A stretch of DNA of 64,000 nt, from NCBI GenBank assembly GCA_000934665.2, contig KZ538328.1, positions 1-64,000 of the forward strand, read 5' to 3'. Shown piece after piece: positions 24,474-38,210 of this stretch. The first letter of the stretch is position 1. Each line of letters opens with the position of its first letter. The notes beneath the pieces were generated by a model that worked only from the letters and a program-made list of their open reading frames with translations, was not told the origin of the DNA and searched no databases. The DNA is from Catajapyx aquilonaris (taxonomy: Eukaryota). Position numbers and translations under genes: made by a program.

Positions 24474-27400
24474 GTGAGTACCAGGGACATTTTTCTTTCG
24501 GTTCACCATTTTTCACATGTATTGTCGCCGAAGAGGGGCCGGGGATCAACTAAGCGGGGGGTCGAATATGCATCTTAAGCGGGGGGAATTAATTTAAAGT
24601 TTTAATGGCCAGCACCGTTAGAAGCCTGTTGACAGTCATTTTGGTTGAGTTATGACTGGGCGTTATGAGTACGGTGTATAGATTTTTTTTCTCTTCAACT
24701 TCAAAAAATTGGCCAGGATCATTTTTCTTAGAGCGAAGTGACCTTTTAATGGCGGGTCTCTGCAAATTGGGAGCTGCATTAGCTAGGGAAAATCGATGGA
24801 ATATTGTGTGCTTACGGGAAAAGAAAGTTTGGGACCATCGTGACTACTAGCTTTGGCGAAATGAGAGGATTTCTGTAGGGAATGCCCGGTGCAGTGCTGC
24901 ACCGTGGCTTGCACTGCATCTGCCTTCATTTTTCATGAAGCCAGTACCAATTTGCAGTTTCACAAGTACTCTACCAATGGGTTCAATCTGGGCACCAACC
25001 AATACATAAATGAGTTGTGCAGAAGCGTATAGTTTGCTAACTCGTTCCAGAGTTTTTTTTTTTTGTGCGAAAATAGTCCTAGAGGACAGGTAGGGGGAGG
25101 GGTTGGAATATTGATCCCTGATTCGAAGGGCAATCATGACCAAGCGCCCTTTCTGTATATCGGCATCATCAACATGACATTGATCGTGCTAAAACGGGTT
25201 CCTTGTTCACCACGCTTTCAAAAGAGTGTAAAGAGCATGTAGTTGGGTAAATGTTTACTTTGCATAAGGGGAGATAAAAGACATTTGTTTTGCTGCAGTC
25301 AGTGACGTAAGCCAGGTAGAAGCCGGGGCTTTTCTGTTGGGTTCATGGAGGGAAAAGGTCGCCCTTGGAGCGCGCTTGCGGGCGGAGGAATAACTCAAGT
25401 GGTCCTCCCATGTGACCTTTATGTTGGGCAAAGAGACCTTTTCAAGAAGGATATCCTTTGTAGCAAAGGGCGCATGCGGAACAAATGGGGCGCACGCAAG
25501 ATATATGAAGACCATGGGGGATTAAGAACTGAGGGGGGGAAAAAAACCAATAAAAAAATATAAATAGTTGGAAGGAAAAGCGGTAGGGCAAGGATTGGTC
25601 GGGGTCACGAGGCTGCGATTGCCGAAGGGGGCACTCTCCAATGTATGATTCTCAATTTGAGTCTCCAAGATTGAAATGAAATGGTCCCAGGCACGCGAGT
25701 TGGGTTGGCGAGAGGGTATACCAGATGAATAATCCGCTGCGCCTGGTCACGATGTAAACCCCGTGCATTGACCCACCTTGTACACCCGCACTTGCAGGTT
25801 GAATATATTGATTCAAAACATTATGGTATTATAGGCAATAGCTTCGAACGCTGTGTAGGCGTGGGTCAAAGGATTGTAGTCACGACACTGGATCCGGTGT
25901 CCATTCTTTGCTCTAGTCGCCTTCAGTTTATTTACACCTGTCTACAGGGTCACACGGATCATTAGGGAGATGTGAAGTTCAGTAATTGAGGGCGGTTCCT
26001 GTACTGTCGTGAACAGAAGGTCAACCAAAGAAAAAGATTGTGGCCACTTGAATAAACAAACATGATGGGTTCTCCAGCGAACACATCAATGATATGGATC
26101 GCACCAAATCTCCATGAGATCCATGGTTGTTGACACTGCACGTGAATGTTTCATATTATGTCACAGGCTTTTGAAATTCTACTTGGTTATGTTCCTACAT
26201 TTTGCTCACAACGGTGCGACTGAATTAGCGTCCTCATTATGCCAAAAAAATAGTTGTGCTTCTGACTGTATGACTAATTATTGCTAATTATGCATCTTGC
26301 TTGCGTCATACAGTACAATTATGGAACTGTAAACTGGCCTGATGAATCGTTCCCTGCATATTCTAGCATAGCCTGATTTTGCAAAGCTTTTTCTGTAGAA
26401 TCCAACTCCATGGAACTCCCACTTTGTGCAGGGACCATCTCCATTTCAAGTACTATCTCCAGTAGCACCTTGGTGTGCACCAGCCGCAGGAACCGTTCAT
26501 GCGAAATCATATAGCCGAGTTGTGCAAGTTATAAATCCCAGGGCACATTATAGCATTAAGGAGGTATTTACAGAATCGGACAACGCAGTGGACATTATTT
26601 TCGCGAAATTCAGGTGGAACTCATCCTCTTGATTAAGTCGAGTCTAGTCCCAGGTTGAGCCGATCCTCGCGCAAATCACAATTAGATGGAGCCTGTGCAC
26701 CTTCCAACTACTGATATCATAAAGAATCCTAGGCAAGCTTGAGAGAGGAGGTGGGTGGGTGGGGATTCGGTGGGACCCTTATTAGAAGCGTCGTTTTGCG
26801 TCCCTGGAGGACCATCCGTAAGTTTGCGCAGAGGTATTATTAGCGTCGCAACTCTAATTAGGAGCCACTCTGCTTCCAGGCTTTAATCCTACGGAGTCAT
26901 TTCGTCAAGAGAGCAAGGGCCTGGGATTGGGACCAAACTGAAGGTCCACATGTCACACGGTGTCGCCTCACATATAGGTGTATTTTGGCAAAAGAAATAT
27001 AAAAAAAGGAGGGAGAGTAGAGGGAATGAGAGCGGTTGAAGAACTCGCGTGCTCATTGCAAGGGCAGTAAAGAGTTAATTGCCGAGGTTATTGCGCAGCG
27101 TGTATGAGGAAAATGCGGAGGCAGAGATGACCCTCGACATGCCATTCTTACGGAGGTCATCGATCTGGTGATTCTCGACAGCCAAGGAGCCGCGCAAGAC
27201 CGAGCTCGTTAGCACCAAGGGTCATTCCATGCTGTCAGCAGCCTAAGTAATATTATGCTTAGAATTTCAATTTTAAAATATGGCATCATAAAGTCAGATC
27301 TGAAATTTTTGCAACAAAGTCTGACCATTCAAGTAGTGACTTAATTTGATCGCCTATGTTAAGGTCCAGAAGTTAGACAGGTATATGTGAGGTGTAGATC

Positions 27401-30400
27401 TAACTGCGTGCGGGCATACATGCAAGGCCAATTTTTTGTGTCCTGGTCCGGGTTGTAAATCCATAGAATTTCATTTCTGTGGCGTGGTTGTGTAATATTG
27501 TTGTGGAAATTAGTTCTAGTTTTCTTTACGGTCCGGTGGATTGGCTCGTTCTGAGTGAGGAAAGGGCGGATGGGAGGGCATGTATGGCGACCTCTAATTC
27601 AATTTGAGTGAAATCAATGGAGCAGGACGGGAAGGTAGTCTCATTTGAATGGAGCTGGTGATTAGTTGCCCAGTCCCCATTACGCGTACACATAAAACAA
27701 TTGAAACGGAGGATTCGGACGTGACAAAACTCGCGAATTAGATTAAAACTTGTAAAAATCTCATAATTACGCAAAACGTGATGTCGCAATTAAGCGCCAG
27801 CTTTATTGCGGGAATTATTCACTGCGGCTTTGTGGAGGTGTTCCCTGAACCAGAGGCAGTTAAGATCTCACTACCATTTTTTTTGTTCTCCCCCAGCAAA
27901 CCGCAATTCTAGTCAGGCGCCAGAGTCATCGACTAGGTCATGTGACACTTGAACATTGCCATGAACCAATTTACTCGGGCAATATTTCTGGACACATTAT
28001 TGAGATGGCATCATGCGATTATGAGTAAAAGGGAACAAGACACTGCTGGTGGTAACCCGGAAATGTAACTGTTTAATAGAACGACAGGGTACGCCCTTCT
28101 GGTGTCAGTACATGGTTGTCAATTTTTGTGTGTGTTAATAAAATATCCGGATTTTGCAGTGCATTGCAACTGACCGTTAGTGTAACTTGTTCATCGAGTT
28201 ACCCTCAAGTAATAGTGATTCTCAGGTCCGTGGATTTCAAAATGTGTATAATTTATTGAGACATTAAGGACGTAATATACGTCACGATTTCACTCTGTTA
28301 TCTCGCGTGCTGTCAAGAAGACCACTTTTAATGAATGTTACCTTTGCGTTATTCAAGCGGATGGCCGAAGAAAGTGTTCGTAGTGGTGAAAAATGAATCT
28401 ACTTCAACTTGCGAGCATGGGACGCTCGTTTGTCTCGGTCGCCTGCATGCTGGAAAAGTTGGGGGTCTCTGGACCTGCTCCAAAAATGCGGTCCAGGGAC
28501 AGACAATCTTGTCGGATAGTTTAGTATACCCAGAAAGTCTGCACATCATGCATAAAGTTTGCGCTGTAAATACTTGTCGCGTGATTGCCAAGGCTACCAG
28601 ATATCAGGAGGAATTGAGATTTATGACTTCCTACTTCAGTGCAACGTGGCAGAGGGACGCTGTGGCCGTAAACTCGAAGGGCGGTCGCATTCAAAGATAT
28701 TTTCTCACTTGCATCATTTTTTTGTGTGTGGCTATAGAGGAAATGGATCAAGTTGGGGAGGCGATTGTTGATAAATATTCCTACGATAGCATCTGTCCAC
28801 ACCCCATATTGTGCCGGAGGCTTCATGGCGATATTGGAGGAATGTGAAATGAGCATCGTTCCTGCGGCGGGGACTGCAACGCACAATCATGGTGACAAAT
28901 AGCATCGCTTTGGTTTGGCATATGAAATGAGCTTCAACGGTGCAGCGACGCCAATTCGTTAGGGATATATACACTCTCCCAAGAGAAGGATTTCTGGCAC
29001 TTTGGATATACGCTTGACAAACGGCTTTCCCAGCACCATGTTTTTGGCGCAGAACGCATCTGCACCGCCTGGGGAGGTGTTAGATTGAAATTGCACATCC
29101 CAGACTCACTCACAAGTTCATCCGGCTGCGAATAGTTTTGTTAGATGCTGTTATCAGCCTAGTTCTAGCTCGTATTTCATTTTGGGGGAGTCAGGCGAGG
29201 GTTCATAAATCTTTCGGTTAGGGGATTACAAAACTGCGGAGTTTACATAAGGCGATTATCATTTATAGCATCTGCAAGAATAGCACAAAGAAACTAAATA
29301 TTGCGCAAAATGTTAGCAGAAAAGTTCATATCCGGCACGGCAGTTTCCTAATGACGTTATTGGCAGTCTTTTTTTTTTTAAGTAGACTCGTTTCAAGTAC
29401 AGCTTGCCCTTAGCACCGATCTGCATGCAACCCCTTATCAGAATTTGCAACCATAAAATCCCCCCACTGCTGCAGCAAGCAATAAACTCTGCTTTTTTTG
29501 CGAGTTTCCCCAGAGCTGTGGTGTAGCTATCGCTTTTTGACTGCATCAAGCTATGCATTGTCGAGTCAGTAATCCTAGTCAGATGCTGATCAGGTTCTTG
29601 TCCAGTTTGTTCCAGGGTGTTTTAGTGCTCAGTAAGGGTTAGTAAGAGACCAGCAGCCCTTTTGGAAAATGGAAAAAAAAGTGGAAGGACGGTGAAATTT
29701 TTTTTTACTTCTTTCCAATCGGAAAGCCCCTGAGGAACCTGGAAGAATTATTTTTTTTTGGAAGGACCATTCCATGAAAGAAAAGCCGTCGGAATTTCGC
29801 TGACAAGCTCTTGTTCGCGACATCCTTCTTCGAGTGCTCCTACTAGAATCTGACAGATGTTTTAATGATGCACTTTTTTCTCTACAAGGGCGTCGTTTTT
29901 GCTTCCATCCCTAGGTCGTTCCAGGGACTTTAATAGTCCCTCGACTTAGGTGCGCAAAGTTCAGTTTTTTTTATTCTTCCAAAAAACGGGACTATAATTA
30001 GTTTTTATATAGGGAGGGGTCTTTCTCGCTCGAGTGTGCAAACGGCACCCTTGCTATATACGGCAGGAAATTAGTTCATCTCAACATTGCTGAGAGATGC
30101 AAATCCTGCGCTGTGCTGTGACTGACGTCACAAACGAGAAAATGTTGGGAGGCACTATTTTGGCAGCCTCCTTTGAACTTAAAGCAAATTGAATTTGGAA
30201 GCTGAATCTGGATTGATTGGATAAGAGCCATGTTTGCCAGTGTCTATGAATGTCAAATTCTTATCTTTCCAACTATTATCTACTGCTGATGATAAATGCA
30301 ATGTTTGACCATGAAGTGTCAGTTACTCCTCCTGCTGATGGTTTAGGCTTTATGCGCTTAGGATTATTTGCTCTCGCAGTGAGCGAGACCATAATGACTG

Positions 30401-33400
30401 GCACTAACTGGAGCACATCATTTGTGCGAGAGCCGGTAATGAAATCAGCGCAAAGTGGTAGCGTTTGGGAGGGCAGGTGTGCGGCGTAGGGAATTAATAG
30501 CTGGGAGAGGTTAATCAAAGAGTGCGATCCAATAATGCGATGGGTCCTGAAAAAGTTCGGAAATAAAGCTAGGGGACTGGGGGTTTATAAACGCTGATCA
30601 GGAAAAACCAGGTACGCACCAAGGGGTCAAAAGTTAGGTAAAAATCAAATAAAAGGAGCGATAAAGGTGGCGGGCTATGTTGAGGAGGGGGCCACGAGGC
30701 CTGCAATTAGGAATTGATCCATTAGGGCCATGGGCCCGTGCCGTCCGGTTGGAAAATTTTGGGTCCGATGGGAGGAGGCGCTGCGAGGGCGATGATGTAT
30801 AGCGCACCCGCACGCCATCCGCCCCTTCTCACGACCCAACCATTGCAAACCCTTTTTTAAATACTTTTTTTTGTGTGTGTGTCATGCCTCCGCACCGTCT
30901 AGCATAATGAAGCGTTTAGGGCAAATCTGAGTTCGGAGAGGGAAAGTTTGGGTAACGGTATACTCGTGGTGCAACTGGTTATTGGGATCAACTGGAGGTA
31001 GTAGGGGGTGGATGTCGTGATTGTTGGATTTTTTAATCATCCGGTATACCCGTGTCACAGAGATTCACACTGGGTCAGACACCCCTCTGAAAGGTGCATT
31101 TTACCCCCACATATTTGGTTTTTTTGGCGGGAGGAGGTCCAGTGCCTCCAGCGACATAAATATGGCTACACTATTTCAATAAAATTCATGTATTTTATGT
31201 AATAGTTAAATTCGTACAATTTTTTACATTTATGATGGGTCTGTATATTCAAAATTTTAAATGCAGATATTTTTCATAATTTACTTCCGTATAATTTTTA
31301 TTTGAAATTAAAACAAACAGGGTACGGTATGTAAAATAAAATTGTTTAAAATTTTTAATTTAAAATTAGTATCTAATTACCTTATTCTGAATTTAAACCT
31401 ATAATTTTATTGAATTTAAATTCTAACATTAATTTCATTTTATTTCATTGATGTTTTAAAACGCTCACAAAATTGGCCACGAATATTCTAGGGAATATGA
31501 CATTTTAGTGTCCTCAATGTCACGGTCCGTCACGATGAAAACCCTCTGGCCGTACCACCGTGACGCGCTTGATTGCACTTGTTTGAACGTTTCGTGCGGC
31601 GGTGGCGGATTAGCAGCAAGTGAAAATTGCGGATAAGATCAGGTGCAGCCGGAGAAAAAGTTTCCGCGTGAGATGTGAAACCTGCCAGTCAACAACAAGT
31701 TGGCGGAAGTGTACGAAGAGTGCGAAATTGCTTTTGCGGCTCAAAAAGTGCTGTCGGACACTATTTTGAAACTCGGGGCCGTGTTTACACCGGGGTGTCA
31801 CTTTTACACAGGAATGCTCCTCGTCTGGTGTAAATCCTTAAATGGCGAGCGCGCCTAAAACTGGTTTTTCAAAAAGAGAGAGAGAGAAAAAAAAAGTGAC
31901 TTGCAGAGGTGGATTGTTTACGGCATTTTTTTCCCGTAGCTGTTGTCTCCTTCCGAAAAAGCGTAGTAAGGTCATTGCCGTCTTGTTTCGGTGTGGCTCG
32001 TCACTCAATTAATTCGAGGCTTATACAGTGATACTGATAACAAAACCGGCCGACCGATGAGTTAGTTCTGAAAAAGTTGTCAGTGTCAGGTGGAGAAAAA
32101 TAGGCTGGCAGGTAGCCTCCGAGAGTTAATCCGACTGAGAATCTAATAAGCAAGATCCTCTCTCTCTCTCCCATGGATGAGGATGTGGACCTAGATGTTG
32201 TCCTGCTGTGACACACGAGGAAGGCAGACGTCCTTGGTGTGTACCAAATGTTTAGAGCACTTTTTCCTCCGTGCCGCAGCAACAGCAGCACCGTGGTCGC
32301 GAATTAATGGAGGGCAACCGCCCAGAGTCCTTGAGACAGCACCAAGACCAACAAGTAAAACTCTGGTGGTTGACACCCTCGAAAGAAGAGGCCAATGTCC
32401 CACAGAACCTCCCGCAGTTTTCTAAGGGGGGAGAAGGGAGGGTGGCATGATTGACGACTGACGCAAGCCGCCCTCACATTTGCAAATGGCGTCCTAATGA
32501 GGCCATTTGCCGCCGCTTCTCTTCATCTGGGAGTCTGACAGGGATGGAATGGACCATGCTGACCATCACATCGGGATGGGATCAATCAATCAATCAATCA
32601 ATACCATGGGAAGTCCGACAGAAATTTTTGTGGACTTCATAAGTGGACAACCGATGTTGTAATGACACTTTTTTTAAAAAAGGACCCCTCCTTTAAAAAG
32701 CTGGATACGGCAAATAGGTAAAACCGGTCTTTGACATTAGGCGCAGCGCAATAGCTTTTTTACGATCATGGGCGCAGATGAGAGTCGAATTCTCATTCGT
32801 CATTTTGGCAAGATGGCGGAGGCATTTTTGTGGGTGTGGAATTGCTTCTCTCTGGTCCTTGGAGAAAATACAGTCCTAACACCGTCGTACCGAGGTGGTC
32901 CGTGCAAAGGTAGTATTAATGTGAGTCACGGTCGAGCATTCAAAAGGTTTAAAAAAAAATTGCCAGTCCATGCGAACGGATCTGAAATATCTATGGTTGG
33001 AATCTTGCGCGTGTCAGCAAGCGAGCGGGTGACAAATTTCGCTACCAGCATCGTCTGGAGAGGCTGGAAGTTGTCCTCTTACTTTGTATGCCACCCATGG
33101 AGAGTTAGGCGACAACGGGACTTGGGAACGCCGTACATCCTGGACCAACCTGATGGCCTCTCCGGCATTTATGCTGCTTTTTGTCGCATATATGTCCATA
33201 AGATAAGGAGAAAGCTCGTGCAGCCCAGAGGAGACTGGAAGAAGGGGATTGACCAAGGGGGGTTCATAGGTCACTCCAGGTTGAGGTTCTGACTCAGCGC
33301 AGTCGTTGTGAACCCCAGGGTGTATAGGAAGGCAAGTCGTAAAAATACTGGTATCGCATTATTCGCATGCACTTTTTTGTTGTTGCTGCTGCTATGTAGC

Positions 33401-36400
33401 GAACCTGGGAAAAAGCGCGGTGACAAGATCGCAATACCCATTGTTGAACATTGCGCGAGTAACTACCATACAACAGCCTATTCATTTGTAACCGGCTATG
33501 CGATAACACTAACGACGTGTGAAAATGCCTACAGGTAAATGTTACACATTAAACAAGACATACTAGGGAGATAAGACGCTGAAAAGTGTCTCCCGTGTAA
33601 TTAGACGCCGTAAAAACTGGAGGATATTGTGAGAGGGACCCAAACGCCGCATCCTTTTTCAGAAGGCATGCCGGATATACGTTTTGAAGCCGTCTTAATC
33701 AGATACTAATTTCCTTCGAGTCCGTAGTCTCTGACCTAATGATTATATCAGGAGGACTACACGAGACTGGATGGTTCCCAAGTAGCGATTAGGTTTCCCA
33801 TGCGGTCGTAGCTTAGGGCTAGGAAACAGGCCGTGTAAGTGGGGAGAGAGTGGGGGAGAAATGATGGTAGTGGTGGGGGTGCAAGGCGTGGGTGAAATAT
33901 GTCTGTGGGTTTGTAGTCAAGCTTGTATGGGCGCGTGGCAACGTGGCCTGCACGTTCCCACACATTTAGGGGGAGGCAGCTCATGTGGGCGTTCTATCCA
34001 GAAAGAGGAAACGGTGCTCAGGCTCCCTGGCAGGCAAGGTTGCTTGCAAAGGAGGATGAGTTGAAAGCAGGGAATGCATATAAATATGTGGTGTGCACGG
34101 AGATGGTGTTGTCGTGACTAGACAAAGGTGGCCTGGAAAGAGCCATCCTCTGTTGCAGCATGAGCCTCCATCATAGGTATAGGTCTGGACGCGCTTCTTT
34201 ATGCACGGAGCAGTTTTACACTCCTGCCTAACCTGCCTGAGGTCATTCCAAGGCATGCGGCTGCCAAGTTCAGAGACACTCCTAGGAAATTTTTGCTCAT
34301 GCAGGGCACTATCAAATTGGCCACAGGTTTTTATAAACACCTTGCACAACTGATCCGGTTGCTAGGAGAAATTGAGCTGCCAAAGATGTCATTTATACTG
34401 ATGATAGGATGTGAATCTCGTGAACTTGTTGTGTGTACTAATAGCATCTGCAGAAGTTGAATATTTTCCTGGCTGCACAGAGTGGACCGGTTCCAGACCA
34501 TTTTCCAATTAACAAGTACCCACCAAACACAGTAAATGTCCTAGACAGCCCTCGACAGGTCGGCAATGCACTATGATGCTCAGGGACATGTGACACACGT
34601 CCTTTCAGATCACGTGATGATTGGTCACCTATAGACGTCCGCTATTTTTGGACACAGAAATCATACAATACTGAATTACCAATTGATCAGTTCTTCCTTC
34701 ACTTCAGTAGCAACTGGTTATATGTTATATGAGTATTTTTTATGTGCGGTGTTGCAATCGGGGCAAAATATTTTAATAGAATAGAAATTACGTTATGTAA
34801 CATGCTATTCGGAAACCAACTCTTTATTTAAACCTTTTCTTTTGATATGTTCGCTCCTTCGCGGTATTGAGTTTATTGCGCATGAAACTCCCACACGACA
34901 GGAGTGATTCCTAGAAGCCACTGAATAATTTCAACTATCAAGTTAAACTGTAATGTTCCTTTCGGACCTATACTATCTGGCCAACAGGAGATGCCTAGGC
35001 AGTCAGGCTGATTTTTCTATCGGGCCAATCTTTTCCGTGCGTCGATGTCATTACTGGGAAACGTGTATACTCTACAGTATGTATCACGGTCAGAAGGAAA
35101 TAGGCACATCACTCAACTTTTATTATAGAACTAACCGGACCCAACTGCTCTATATCTGAATTACAATGCGCAAGCCTAGTGCAAAATGTAGGTGTATGTG
35201 TGTTGTAAGGGGGAAGGGTGTGCAGAATGAATAATGTAAGGGTATTGCTGTCAGTATAAAAGCACTGGTGAGAGTGGTAAGTTACGGGGTAGGAGGTTCT
35301 GTACAAATGTTGGATGAGGATCAGGGACCTTAGCCAACAAACCCAGCTGGTCATGGCTAAAGGAAGTAGGTCCCCTTGCTTCCTTTTGCTCTTCTTTATC
35401 CTCAGGCCGCTCTTCTACGACCCTACTTTATGCTTCCAATTCCTTACACCCACACGGAGATGGTCAAGAAGGCAATGCTCCCATCAACATGTCTAGATGC
35501 AGCTGCCACCATACTATTCCGGTCCTAACTCCGCGATATATCAAAAAACTCAAAGTGCATATGTATGAGCCACCCAAAGCGCAGGTTGCGACTATATGTT
35601 CCTCACATGGATGTCACAATGCAGCATGTTTATTTATTCATCCGTGCACATCAAACTAGCCCTTGCGGAGCATTATATACTGTAGGGCTGCGAAATGGGC
35701 CAAGGTGAGTCCGTGGCATGGTTGGCAATGAAATCCGTGAGTGAATTAAACCTCCGCAGATCGTCATAAACGAGGGACCATTTTCTCTCGAGGGTTGCCA
35801 GATTTTTGGCGCAGTCTGAGAGCCCCCAAGCCGTTCGATGCCAAATGCCAATAACTTTATTCCGAACATGATCAGCAGAATAGCGTGCGGCAGATTAGTT
35901 TAGCAAACATGATTAGAGAGGGAGGGGATTATAATCGCATCAGGCGATTTTTTTTTTTCCTAATGTGAGGTTTAGATTACATAAGGGGCTATTATTGTGT
36001 CGCAGTTTGTCGATACTACACAGTAGTTGAAACTATATGGAATTCGGTTTTTGGAGCAAAGTTTTCCCATCACTCACCGGCTCACCGACGCAAGCGTATC
36101 CCCCCCCCCCCTCCCTCCCATGTGAGCTCCATAAACGGTGTATGTTTGACTGGGGCCCCAAGTCCTGAGGCACGCGAATCCAATTCCCTTGCCCAGTGGG
36201 TTGGGTCGGAGTTTAATTTTAGGTCGGTCGCTTGGGATACATTGTTATTATTTCACTATACATTGTGAGCCAAAGTCTTGGGGGGCAGAGATTTGAATTT
36301 TGTAGAATATGGCCAAATGGCCTCACGGGCCTATAAATAATTTAGCCCGCTTTTTCTACGTATGTCGTGACCAGTTTTATGTCGCGCCCTATATTTGCCA

Positions 36401-37051
36401 CTCACACTAGTAATGTTGCATGATGTAACTCGGCACGGATTTTGTAATCAACCAATGTGCCACAACTGATTTTCAATATCCGAGATTTTTTTTTTGGGGG
36501 GGGAGGGGGGTGGAAATGCCGCAGGTATAGTTGCGTGCCTGACAATGANNNNNNNNNNNNNNNNNNNNNNNNNNNNNNNNNNNNNNNNNNNNNNNNNNNN
36601 NNNNNNNNNCCCCCCCCCCCCCCCCCCCCCCTCGAGCACACCCCCTCCAACATGTTTGTTTGCGCGGTCCTATCAGTGTCGGGAGAATTTAGGTGCATCT
36701 GATAACACATTTTGTCCTCATAAAACGCTCCAACTAAAGGGAATGACACATCAATAATCCAAACCGGGGTGAACATACTGGACATAAGTTATACACATTT
36801 TTTTTTTTTTAAATATACAGTGAGTCACATTGCCTCTTATCCTGTTTGGATCGCCTCCCAAGTGGAATGTGCGAAAGCCCTCGTTAAAAGGAACGCGAAA
36901 ATGGCCTCTTGATGACAGTTTGCCACCTTCGAGTAACTAGGATGTGAAAAACGAGCTCCCGTGCTTGGTCATGACGGAATGTGTGTAAAACGTCATTAAT
37001 TAGCGAATTTTACCTGCGAAGCGATTATTTTCATGGAGACTCGTTTTTTTT

Positions 37052-37055
<4 letters not shown>

Positions 37056-37085
<30 letters not shown>
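37056..37085. repeat. (TG)n microsatellite after poly-T
   Basis: Direct reading. Confidence 0.95.
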
Positions 37086-37086
<1 letters not shown>

Positions 37087-38091
37087 CAGGTACAGGTAGG
37101 TAGGCTTGGTAATCACGGTGCATCGTTTTAGTGATGGGCTGGGAGATGATGCATCCGAGGGGGCTGGATCGGAATGTAGTTGGGGTTTTAAGGTGGGGAA
37201 AGAGGCAGGACAGGATTGAGAAGGCGGCCGTTGTTTACAAGGACGTGATCTCCATTTATCTCCGCCGTTTTTCTCGAGGGGTTTTTTCTCAGATCATAGC
37301 TGGAAAAGCTATGGGGTCTGGTTTTGCGACGGGGTTTTTTTTGTATAGGACCAAAGCAAGACCAGTATTTATGCTGGTGGCTAGACGGGTGTCAGAGGCT
37401 TGGTGTTGGCTTTTTTAGCTGTCACCTGTCCTTTTTTCCACGTCGGTTGAACCGGACCACATTTGGATGTGTGACGCGCATGGGGAGGCTGCTGTTTGCA
37501 ACATTTCATGGGGAGGTTTTGTAAGCAAAACCGATGCCGCCGTGCAGGGTGGGCCAAACTTCCGCCGGAACACAGGTGACCTTTGATTTGGCCAAAAATG
37601 ACTGTGGGCGCCATGCATTCTGCAACAGTCGCTCTAGTTTGTTTCTCAGCGGCGCAGACCACTAATTCGGATGAAGGACAAAAGTGTGTTTTTTTAAATT
37701 ACTGCTACGCAAACTCATGGTGTGACTCACTGGGAGAAAAGGCGTATGTTCTGTGCGAAACATAATTGAAAAAATTATGATGCTAAAAATGTAGGCGGCG
37801 AGCTTACTATTGTTGTCAGTTCCCTGGAGCATTATGGTGCAACAAATCCGTATAGTAATTGCGCATATATGCATTAAATTATGGCTTCCCCCTTTTTTGC
37901 GACAAGTATACAAGCAGTTGTGCTGGGGAATGATCAAAAAGCTTTGTGAACAAAGAGTGGGGATTAATAAAGAGTGGCTAATATTACGTGGAAAAAGATC
38001 CGCATAAAATATGCATGATTTTTAAAAATTTACCATTTCTTACTCTAAGAGCTTATTATTCTTCCTCACACTCTAAGGAAGGATTAATAAA

Positions 38092-38210
38092 TGCAAGGAA
38101 GCAGCTGCGGCCTACTTGGGCACGATCCCGGAATTCGCCTGGAAATGACCAACAAAACCTTCACCGAAATATCCTTCACCGGGAATCGAACCCTGCACCA
38201 CCTGAACGAC
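38092..38210 (-). mobile_element. Old, truncated SINE fragment related to family B
   Basis: Minus strand reads GGTTCGATTCCC (B box, 38181-38192) then CCAGGCGAATTCCGGGAT...TAGGCCGCAGCTGCTTCCTT, resembling the family B body CCAGGTGAATACCGGAGT...TAGGCCACAGCCGCTTCCTT. Confidence 0.65.
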
